From IMG/VR virus record IMGVR_UViG_3300046323_000587, positions 62,001 through 126,000 of that record: DNA of 64,000 bases. One strand, given 5' to 3'. A program made the translations under genes and the position numbers. How positions within the stretch are numbered: the first letter of the stretch is position 1; each line of letters opens with the position of its first letter. Shown here piece by piece: positions 52,601 to 63,100 of this stretch. Under the pieces are notes generated by a model. It saw only the letters and a list, made by a program, of their open reading frames with translations. It had not been told where the DNA came from and searched no databases.

Positions 52601-54002
52601 TTTCTTGCCCACCTATTTCTTTACCTACTAAAATTCCTTTGTATTGAAGTTTTGTTAAGGTATTAGATCTTATCCATTGATGTCCGTAACCCCAAGACAC
52701 ACTACCACCTGTTTGTTTAAATGAAGTATCTTTAATAAATTCAACATTGTCTTCTACTAATTTAATAGTTGTTTCAAGAGGTATTGCATTTTCAATAATT
52801 ATAAGACCTTTCTCATTCTTGATTAATTTAGGCTTAGATGTTGATTGTAGAGGTTGTGTTTTATTCTCACTTTGATTAAATGGGCTTCTAGGGTCATTGA
52901 TTAAGAAATCCAAAGCAGTTGCGTGTGATGGTTCGTTAGCTTTATTTGCAGTAGTATTAGTGTAATGTAAAGGTTGTCCTTTTAATCTACCACTAAGTAA
53001 TTGTTCCCTAACCCATTCTGCTCTTGGTTCAGTAGAATTGATTATCCAATCTATATATTTAACTACACTTTCTTTTGTAGAAGTAGTTTTAATTAAGTCT
53101 TGTGAGTGTTTCTGATATATAGTTTGTTCACTAGTAAATTTATTGCCAAAGTGTGTATCCTTATTCTTAGCTCTCCAATCATATAACACGTCAATACCAC
53201 CTTGTTGTTTAATAACAGCTTCTCTACCACTATCTTTACCAAATACAGTAGTTTTTACATTTGCCGATTTATTACCTAATAACTTGTAAATATCACTAGC
53301 TTCTTCGTCTTCATTAGTATCTTGTAAATCTTGTTCAGTTTCTTCTATACTTTCTAATATAGCTTCAAATTCATCTAACTTACCAATCTCTTTATAATAA
53401 CTTCCAATTTCTCCTAGTAACTCATCCTTATTCTGACTATATAATTCAATAATATCTGCTTTACTTATACTAATAGCCAATCTAGGATATTTCTTAGTAT
53501 ATTCTAATTTTTTATCTATTCCACTATTAAACTCTGATTTGATACTATTTTGTACTATATTAAATAATTCAGCTTCATTTTTACTTGAATCATTATTAAA
53601 ACCTTCATCTGGAATTATAGTAAAATTATTTTCAAAAATAGAATAAATAAATTCTGGTTTAGTTTTTAAAAATTCTTCTAATATTATTGTATTATTTTTA
53701 TTATTTAATAACTGTTCAAAACTACCTTTAAAATTATTGATAGTTCCAGCTACTTGATAATTAACATCAATAAAATCTATTCCAATAATGCTCTTAATTT
53801 GAGATAAAGTAATTTTTTTTGTTTTATCTATAATTAAAGGGTTTTTATTGGTTGATATAAAATCAAATATAACAGGATTGACGTCTATATGGTTTTTAAT
53901 AGCTTTTTTTATTATAACTTCTTTATCAACTTCTGATGTATTTTCTGGAATATCTATGTCTATCTCTTCTATTCCATTAGGCAATTCAATACAAATTTTC
54001 AT
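49662..54002 (-). CDS. Large polyvalent protein: DUF4326-like, AlkB-like 2OG-Fe(II) dioxygenase, SLOG/DprA-like domains
   Basis: 1446 aa; FGNKF...YIDW...LKG..L...SHA; HQD...H...RVVWTLR; YAGIGSRETP, GADRAF, ARN, GGTGQA. Confidence 0.72.
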   Translation of the reverse strand: MKICIELPNGIEEIDIDIPENTSEVDKEVIIKKAIKNHIDVNPVIFDFISTNKNPLIIDKTKKITLSQIKSIIGIDFIDVNYQVAGTINNFKGSFEQLLNNKNNTIILEEFLKTKPEFIYSIFENNFTIIPDEGFNNDSSKNEAELFNIVQNSIKSEFNSGIDKKLEYTKKYPRLAISISKADIIELYSQNKDELLGEIGSYYKEIGKLDEFEAILESIEETEQDLQDTNEDEEASDIYKLLGNKSANVKTTVFGKDSGREAVIKQQGGIDVLYDWRAKNKDTHFGNKFTSEQTIYQKHSQDLIKTTSTKESVVKYIDWIINSTEPRAEWVREQLLSGRLKGQPLHYTNTTANKANEPSHATALDFLINDPRSPFNQSENKTQPLQSTSKPKLIKNEKGLIIIENAIPLETTIKLVEDNVEFIKDTSFKQTGGSVSWGYGHQWIRSNTLTKLQYKGILVGKEIGGQEITELMKSQLLSGKDPKSIPNFPLYVYTSIDKNGNTLPDIPTEIITELANRGIDISEYDASYNSVYDKNDKGSLVIHQDNTEFNTSPIITISAGRPMKFITYQLKDSNNFNFGTGFKNQYEIRLNTISNLLIANKLAPELSRSKNKLGNETIVYGQLTPSNLIKYSDLLESKGIKVSDKTGKNTLQVLADSIEKREEFILSNGALLVFSNENRNVFHEIVFDKETDKFDMPKGFPELTIDKGFNGKVKTKDYRVVWTLRKVQGKKVDSVNEKQLLDSVQPLQSTQTSSVTNQSDKDNSTESVKMDNSNKPIFNSLPAKLDKPTMTYAGIGSRETPEDVLNLMTEAAKYLESLGYTLNTGKTFIARPSNDPKYQKQYEERLAFSKKNNGKVGLDEEGADRAFSLGTTKKNLFGVNAPVGKKELTVMEEIHPAPDKLTEGAKKLMARNTNQIFGENLDTPVDFVLFYAKETSNPLRVAGGTGQAVEMARRKRIPTINMSKPNWKKKLDEILNNNKSITTEPVNQTITKPENITESIPKVKSFITERGSIYTLLPDNRYQRFKTVDGVAEGLKDPTDIMLFYNESSQTGKAMYHFQSANLSGGHPTKITLLHKNLDGTYTRIDNNTELQNTNLNNVILLILPDGFIENNNIPKILTADKWDILYSQINTQELISKQLGYGAILNTEDFSNFPKLGLYTFEWLVKDGKQYGNKSHTGNKIISIEYNENQPTDSITSNKISSFSTSIISQNGMFITRIPITLSKVTYDNKKFIADGVELNDDNSMEVIGNSESEVNSVIAYIKEESSKIIKNNPNLYELSKDQLSNIINTFKLKKNKNLSQSNTSIESITNKIKLTEQKINKNNSKEYISDDEDPTDFEKKVFPVSTEESLEYLNFLSYLSQIDEDLSIDLQMSNLNSELLDKLKTHFEAWDNLNEKPVSEDTKNIISDINKNKLLLNDFAEDIFEVCLGSKSSSEVVRMFPPMI
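51754..52857 (-). repeat. 18-bp direct repeat (51754-51771 and 52840-52857) flanking the AlkB-like domain
   Basis: gttgattgtagaggttgt occurs twice, 1086 bp apart (in frame), encoding QPLQST. Confidence 0.85.
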
Positions 54003-54122
54003 ATTTTTCTGTATTTAAATATTTAATACTTAATTATTTTAAATTAGTAATTAAAATCAAATCTAATAAAAATAAACTATATCATAATTCATTTCTATTA
54101 GAATCAATTTTTTACTCAAAAA

Positions 54123-57100
54123 TTAGCAATCTTTTATTACACTTGTAGCATCAGAGTTTAAATATAAATCATATATATCTTCTAAACTATCTTCATCAAA
54201 CTCTATGGTAGAACTAACAGGTGTAGAATCAAATAAGATATTTTTATTGAAAGTAAATCCTTCAATAACTTGATTAGAAGAAGCTTTATTTATTATACTT
54301 AAAGCCATTACAAAGTTAAACAATTTTTGATTAGTTTCACTATCAATGGTATTATACTGTGATAATAAATTTAATAAATTGTATTTATTTTGAATAGTTT
54401 TTATTTCTACTTTATTTAATGGTTGTCTATTATTAGGTTTATTTAATTGGTTTCTTAATTCAGTTACTTGATCTAATAAAGTATTTTTATATTCTTCTGT
54501 AATGTTAAAAAGGTTTGTAATATAATCTTGCAATCTAGTAAAAATATTTAAAGTTCTTGTATCAAGATTTTCTGTATTTAAAGGTATTTGAGGGTCAATT
54601 ACATTAAATTGAGATTTATTTAATTGACTTACTTTTTCAATATCTTGTTCTAATAAAATCTCTTCAGTAGTATTAAATAAACTATTTACAATCTTTTCTT
54701 TTAAATCGTTTAAGTTTGGTTTAATAAATTTTATACTTTGAATTTTTATACCTTCAATTTTATCTTCTTTGAAACTCACAGCAGTTTGTTTTTCTGAACC
54801 TTCTTTACCTGTAATAAAAACCCAACCACCTAAATCTTGTGAATCTAATAAAGATAAAGGATTACCAATAAATTTAATTTTTTCGTATGTTGGAACATCT
54901 TTATTAGCAAAATAGAATTCTTCTTGTACTTTAATAAAATTAGAAGACTTACCTTCTCTATAAACTTCTCTTTTTGGATCATCTTTAACAGGAATTGAGC
55001 TACTTAAATAATTTAATACAATATTCATAGTGTTAAATTCCATTGTTCCTTCTACTGTTGGAATAAATTTAACAAAATCAATATGATATTTTTCTGGAAG
55101 AATACTTGCAAAACTAGATTTACTTGAACCAAACTTGCTTGTAATAAGAGAATACCAAGCAAACATATCAGTAATGTTGTAAGACCTTTGAGAAGTGTAA
55201 TCAACTACTGTTTTACCTTTATTAATATCTTGCTCTGTAATAGTAAATAGTTCATTACCTTCTGAATCTTTTGTTACTGTAAAATATAATCCTTGAATAA
55301 GTTCAAAAGCTTTTTTCATATTTACTGTAACTGGATTTATATCATTATTCATTTCTGAATCAGCAAAAGCAACTAATGGCTGAATTAAGATATTAACTTC
55401 TTTATTCAAATAATTTGTTGCTTCTTTTGGAACAAGACTATTTAATACAGTTTTATAGAAGAAATCTATTCTTTCTTGTGGACTTTTAAAATCTAATTCA
55501 CCATCTTTATCAAAAGGTAAATAATTTGAATTATTGCTTGAAATTCTCAGAAAATCTTTTAAGGGATTAAAGAAATGTTCTCTAAAACTATTAAAGAACT
55601 CTTCTCTATTAGTTTGACTGTTTAAAGATTGTTTATTGAAATCTGTTTGAAAATCATCTGTTTCTTTTCCAGTTATAACAAAAATTGGATTGTCTTTTGA
55701 ATTAGATTTCTTTTCAATATATTTTTCAGTTATTACACTATATATGTGGTCTAATATAGAACTAAATTCAACATCAGTTAAGTTAGGCAACTTACCATTC
55801 TTTCCTCTAAAATTTTGTAGGTTTTCAACTAGATTTGTAAGTTCTCTGAATACAAAACTCTTATTTTGCATAATATCATAAATCATTGAATGTTGTGTAA
55901 AATAGTTTTTAAAATGTTGATTTACTTCTAATGAATATAAAATAGGGAAAGCTTTTTTAGTTAAGTTACTATATTCAATATGATATTGTCTATACCAAGC
56001 AATGTTTTCATTAGATTTAGTGATTTCTGAAAGATTATTTGGATTATCTATTGGTTGTTTATTAAATAAATAAAAGTTAAATATTCTAGGATTGTATTTT
56101 TTAGTTATTCCATTTGATATAACTTCCATTTCAGTTTCATTTTTTCTTGGATTTAATAAGATATCTTTAATTTTAGCTAACTCATTTGGTGAAATATTAT
56201 CAGTTATATGATCTATAAAAGAGTTTTCAGTCATAGATATTCTCTGTTCAAGTGAAGCAGCTTCTTTTTCTTTATTTGTCAATAATTCCATTTGTTCTTT
56301 ATTTCTATAATCAATAAAAGGAACACCAAATTTAGTTTTATGAAATTTCTCGTAAGATTCATTAATAAAAGTTTCAATAGTATTATTAAAAGAGAAGTGA
56401 TCTTGAAAAGTTCCCTTATGACTTTGATTGATTCCTAACATTTTACCAAACATATTAAACTCCATTCCAACTTCAATCAATCCAACAAATTCTTTTAGTT
56501 TATATAAAGCTGTAGAATCTAGATTTTGAGTTCTATATAACCATTTATAAAAGTTTATTTCCCAAGTATTTCTACTACTTTTAGGTATATAATCTGTACT
56601 AGATAAAAGTCTTTTTTCGTATAAAATTATATTTTTTAAAGAATCTTTTTTTAATATAGAAAGTATATAAGAGTTATCAATTGTTTCAATTTCTTCTGTA
56701 TCTTTAAACCCATCAAATTTTTCTAGTAGTTTCTTTACTTTAATAGGTTTGTTTACTCTATAAGCAATTCTTAAAATATTCTGAATATCGTCAATTTCTG
56801 CAACAGATAATACACTTTTAGTAGTAGCGTTTTTCTTAAAATTTAATGTAAATTTATGTTTTTCTCCTTCAATATTACTAGAATGTTCAAACACCAGAAG
56901 AGATTTAACTTTTAAGTCTATTAGTTCTTTAATAGAATGTCCTGACTTAGTAATAAATAAATTATCATATTCATCAAACTCAATGTCAGCTAAAGTTTTT
57001 TCTTCAAGTTTTTTAATCAGTGAGCTATAAGTGTGTAAGAAGTCATTACTATTATCAGCAGCAACTTGTTTTGTTTTTCCATAAGAAGTTATACTATACT

Positions 57101-60100
57101 TATCATTTTCTATTTTAAGTCCAGGTACAGTAGCATACCTACCTACAACATCACCAATTTTATCAGAATTACCGTAAGTATGTATATCTGTTGATTTAGC
57201 TAATTCTTTAAATATAATATCAGCTTCTGGTGAAATTAAAATAGAGATGATATCTTCAACAGGTGTACCTAATGCAGTCAAAGCAGAAAATGTAGAAGCA
57301 GTATAAGAATTTAAATTCAATTTACCTAAAATCATTTCTTTTGCATTATCAGTTGCAGCAGACACAGCTTGAGAGATAGTTTCCCAAGCAGAAGAATCTA
57401 ATATAGTTTTAGATAAATAGAAAGCTCTTAATGTAGAAACTTCTTCTTCAATTGCTTTTTCTAGTTCTTCTCCTTTTAAACCTTTGGCAATTAATTTTTC
57501 TCTAATTTTAATTTTATTGTTACCAAATGTATCTTGCATATCTTTAGTAAGCTCATCAAAAGAACCTTTAAGTGTATCTGTAGAAATTTTTTCAAAATCT
57601 TCACCTCCTTCAGATAAAATTAATTTCACTGAAGTAAACATAGCTGAATCAATATGAAAACTTGCATTCTCCATAAATTCTTTCATAAATTTAAGTTGTT
57701 CTCCAAGTTGATTTAATCTTTTAGTTTCTTGCTCAGTTTTATTAGATTTACCTAATAATTTATCATACTCTTTCTGTTGTTTAGATTCATTTAACTTTAA
57801 ATTAGATGCAGAACTATAAAACTTAGGTACACCATCTTTATCAGTAACTTTAATAGCAGAAGCAGTAAAATCTTTTAATTTAGCTCCGTCTGACATATTA
57901 GTTCTAACAAAAGTTTGTTTAGGTACAAATACAAATCTTGAATCTGCATTTTTCATTGCTAGCATACTTGCATTAAAATAAATAGCATAAGCTTTCATAT
58001 CTTGTGCAAATATACCAGTTAATGATTTACCATCTCTATTTAAAGCAACCATAATAGCTTGATCCATTGAAGAGAATTGAGAAAAAGTTAATTTACCTTT
58101 AACAGATTTTTTAGATTGTGCTTGCATTGAATCCATTGAAATAGGTGAATTAGCTTGTACTCCATTTGCAGGATGTGTAATAATATCATACAATCTCTGA
58201 CTTATATAATTCTTATAAGCTTTTTGCCTGTATTGATTAGCTTTAAGCTTTTTTTCTTTAATAACTTTAATAGAATCTCCTTCAATAAGTTTACCTTTTT
58301 CATCTGTACTAGAAAGTTTTATACGAAATCTTTTAGGAAGAAATTGATCACTTTCAATAAAATCAACATCTAATTCTAAATCAAATGTTTCAGGTCTGCT
58401 TAAATCTATATCTTTATTCCATTTAATAAATTCACCTCTGTCAAAAGCAAATGCCATAATATTGAGTTTATCAATATCATAATCCGAACCTTGGAACCAA
58501 AGCATTTCTAATGGGTGATATACGGCATTACCTAAATCATTTTGAAATCCAACAACTTTCATACCAACATAAGACTGCATACCTTGTGCAGGAATACGAG
58601 CTCCAACCATCTCAAGAGATTTTTGAAAAGCTAGATATTTTTCTTTTGCTTTTTGTTGTAAAGATTCTTGAGTTTTAGAAGGCACAGTAAAATAAGTTTC
58701 TGATAGATTTTTGATCTTTTCTTCAACCATTATTAAAGTGTTATCAGATTGTTTAAAACTTTGATTAGTAGATAATAGTTTTTCTTCTTTTTGTTGTTGA
58801 AGTATTAATTGAAATTTTTGATTGTCTATTATAGAAATCTGATATTCTATTTCATCAAGTTTAGTTTGGTTTTTTGTATTAGATTTAGTTTCTAATAAAC
58901 TTAACCTTTCAATATCAATAGAATTAATTTTAGTTTGTAAGCCTTTTAATAAAGTTTTAGAAGATTTAATTGTATTATTTAATAGCCTGTTTGTTTCAGT
59001 AGCTTTATCTTTAAAAGTATTTAAATTTTTTAGTTGTTTATCTAAATCAATCAAATACTTTTTACCAGTTTTCTTAATTTCTTTTGCTTTCCAATCTCTT
59101 TCAAATCTAATGTAAAAATAATTTTCATTATACTGATCAATAGTGTAACCTTCTTCTAAATTAAATTGCGTTTTATACATTGAATCGATAATAACTTCAC
59201 AAGGATCAGTTTTATATCCCTCATCTGATAGATGTTTTTGTAATTTAGCTGTAGCAAATCTCCACATAATGTTAGAAAAAGATAATTTTGCTTTTGCTTC
59301 TTTATATAGCTTATAATCTGCACTATTTTGAAGTTCAACTTCTGAATCAGAATTTTTTGCTAATTGTTTATTTTTTTCTATGATTGCTTCAAGCTTTTCG
59401 TATACTTTAATAGCATTTTCTAAATCATTCTTAGTTTTTCTTACTTCTTCCATTAAAGGGTTAGTAAAACTTGCAATATTCCCTTCTTCATCAACTACGG
59501 TATCAGTCAAATATTCCCTATTTCCATCAATATCTCTATAATAACCAGTCCATTTTAAATTTCTAGATTTTAATGTTTTATAAGCTGGTGTTCCTTGATT
59601 TTCTTTAATCCATTTAGAATATACTTCTTGTGTACCTACTTCATCTTTTTCTAGTACTTTACCATTCAATACACTTCCAGCTGGAAAATCATATACTTTA
59701 ACAACATTATGACTTGGTGTCATAACCATTTGATTACCTGTGAATTTATGACGAATACCTTTCTTAGAAAAATCAGAAGCTAATTGAACAAATATACCAT
59801 TAAATACACTTTTATGTGAAATAAGGCTATTTACAGAAATTTTATCTTCATGTTTATCGTTATATTTATTTACAGCTTCAATTAATCTTGCAGTGCTACC
59901 TGATTTCTGATTAGCAATTACATCTTCACAAAAAGCACGAAATACTTCAACACCTTCTTCTTCTTTTGAAGGGTCTAATACAGTTTTCCATTCTTTAAGA
60001 TTAGAATCACCTAATTTAGCTAAACCTAATGCAACTTCATTTGCTAGTTCGCTTGTGTGCCCTTCAAGAAAGTTAGCTTGTAAAATTTGAGAAATTACAC

Positions 60101-63100
60101 TAATGACAGCTTCATCAGATTCGTGCTCTGTTGCAGTCTGTAATTTTAATCCTGTTGTCTCTGTAACAAAGAATGAATTATTTAATTCTTCTTGTGTAGC
60201 ACTGTAAAACCTTTCTTGTGTTATACCTCCTGGCTGTTGAGCTTTAGCAGAAGAAGGGTATCTCATAAAACTAACATAGAAATCTCTAGCTCCAGGAAAT
60301 TGTTGTTCAATTACAGGAAATACATCATTAACAATAACTTCCGCAATATCATTTGAAGCTCTGTTAATATTTTGATATACTCCATTTATTTTATTGATTT
60401 CAGAATCTCCTTTATCAGGTATTATAGAAGTTATTCTAGGTTGAAATCCTTCTAAACTCCCATTATTTTTTTCTTTGTATTCTTGTTCTAATTCAGAATA
60501 AGTTTTTCCATTAGCTAAATAAACCATCATTTCAAAATAGTTATTGAATGAAACTCCACTAATAGAATCCATATATTCAATAAATTTATAGTCTTGACTA
60601 AATCTATAAATTGGTTTACTCAATGAAATATTTAATACAACTTTTTCAAGAAAAGGGATAGAGTGCATCTTTTTAGTAGCTTCATAAAAATTATGGTTTC
60701 CTGCTTCATTTAATTTAGTTTGTTCAATAGATTCAGCTGTCATAAAGTGAATTGCACTTTTATCTAGTATTCTACCTCCAAAGAACCCATCTGCCAAAAT
60801 TTGAATAAATTTAGATGTACCACTTACAACTTGTCCGTGTTCTCCTCCTAATGCTTTTTGTAATACAACTCTTGCTAACACTCCACCAACTTGAGCTCCA
60901 TCAGCAATATCTTGATCTGTTTTAATTTCTCCTGCATTAGATTTCATTGGAATTTTATTGTTTCCAGGGTCAACCATAATTACTAACATCTCATTTTTGA
61001 GTCCTAGAGAATTATTCATAATAGTTCTCTCATTTCCTGTTGCAGTTTCAGTAACCATTCTTTTTACTCCATCTGTAAAAGAAGCATTAATACTTGTTGG
61101 AAGTATTTTAGTGAACATAAATTCATTATATAATGATAATAAATCTGAATCACTGTTTATAGTATCAGTATAATCAACTAAAGAACTAATTTCATTTAAT
61201 TGAATAAGTTTATTTTTAATAACTTCATTTTCTAGATTTATATCTTTTAAAAACGAATTAAACTCTTTTTTTAATGTAGATATGTTATTATATATATCCC
61301 ATTTAACTTTCTTAGCCTCTCTATCAAATGTACTTCCACTAGAACCCAATCTTAATTGTGAACCATACATAGAGTGCATTAAATAGAACAATTCAAAGAA
61401 TTTATTTGGAATTATCTCACCTGTTTTTTCAACTACAACACTTGTTTTATAAGCAGTAATATACTGAGAATTACCTCTTTTATCTGTTACAGATTGATTA
61501 TCTTGAAAATCTTCTAAATACGTCATTGCTGACTCATTTTCTGATAAAGCTAGTAAAGTTCTTAATTGTTTCACATTAGGTAAATGTCTATAGTCATCTA
61601 ATGTTTTAGCAAATTCAGGTAAGCCTATTTTTAAAAATATATCTTTTGATTTTTCTAATTCAGTTGCATAATTTATATTATGAAATTGCTCATAACTATC
61701 AGCATTATTTAAAGTTTTCATATACAACAGTAAATCAGGTTTAATCACTATTCCTGAAACATCTTCATTTAAACTATTCTTAGTTTTATATACAGTATAA
61801 ACAGAATTTTTTTCAGCTTGTGCTTTCCAGAATATTTTATCTTGATAATTAGCCATTACATTTTTATCTAATTTACCTTCTAAACCAGATAATATAGTAT
61901 TGATTTTATATAAAATATTTACATATTTATCAGGATCAGAATGATCTAAATCAGAAGAAAAATAATTTACAGAATTTTCATCTTCTTCATTAAATACTTC
62001 TGATTTTAAATCATTCATTTGTTTTTCTAGAAGTTGTTTTTCATCAATAGATAGATTAGACTTAGAAGTTTGTATTAAATAGTTTAAAAATCCAGAACCA
62101 TTTTGTTCTTGATGAAGTTCTTGTAATTTAGCTACTTTTGCTTCATCGGATAAATCTTTAAATCTTGGATCTTTTATTGCTTCTAAATAAGAAAGCATTG
62201 CCTCTATGTGAGATGTTGAAGTAATATCAAAAGATAAATAAGTATAACAAAGTTTACGAGCAAGAGAATTAAAGTGTTTTTGTTGAGAAGTTCTATTTTT
62301 CTCTCTTAAAGCAACTAAAGAAGTCAATCCTTCTATATTAGGTTTTACAGTAGGTACATAGTTAGTAGGTTTATCTGCGTAAGTATTAGGGTTAAGAATA
62401 AATTCAAAAGTATTCTTCTTCAATGCTTCAGCCATTTTTAAATAGAAGAATATATCTATATTAACAAGAGCTGTTTCATCTTTATCTAAATCTTTATTTT
62501 GTTTTACTTTATCAGTTGATTTTTGTAATACTCCGTCAATTAAACTTACATAACGATAAGAATCTGACTCTGTAAAGAATAGATTATTAGCTAGAACTGA
62601 ATTAAATATAGAATTAGCTAAACCTAAACTACTTAATTTAGTATTTGTTGCTTTTGTTACAGCTAAATCTTGTGTAAAAGATAATGCTAATGCAAAATTA
62701 ATGCTTGTAGGCACATTTGAATCTTTAACATTTCTTGTTACTGTACTTGTTTTACTAACATCAATAATAGAAGTATCTTCATTTGTTAGTAAATCGTTTA
62801 GTCTTATACCAATAAAATTAGAATAAGTTTCTCCATTTTTAGTTAAACGAACTAATCTATTGTTATTATTCTTTTTATTAATTTCTATAAAAGGTTTAAT
62901 ACTATCAATAACAGTATTTTGGTCTTGAATTCTTTTTAATAACAAACTTGCTATTTTATATTGTAAATGAAAAATACTTCTATGTTTTTTATCTTCAAAG
63001 TTTGTAGAATCTTCTCTATAATCTAAATTTTCATCTCCATAAATTTCTATAATATAGCTTCTTAATAATTTTGGATTGTTTTTTAATTTTTCTATTCTAT

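Noticed and set aside
111-54122. Recurring aatcaa(a)ttaaaa(a)taattt-like intergenic motif as a phage promoter
   Set aside because: Indistinguishable by eye from AT-rich background and Bacteroidota translation leaders; needs motif statistics
4748-61173. Short antisense or nested ORFs in the track (e.g. 4748, 8284, 10371, 11397, 15187, 15814, 17991, 26260, 27090, 34509, 39876, 44610, 49089, 49630, 49790, 50629, 51786, 55690, 58155, 59156, 60958)
   Set aside because: They overlap longer motif-bearing genes and look like shadow translations of AT-rich codons
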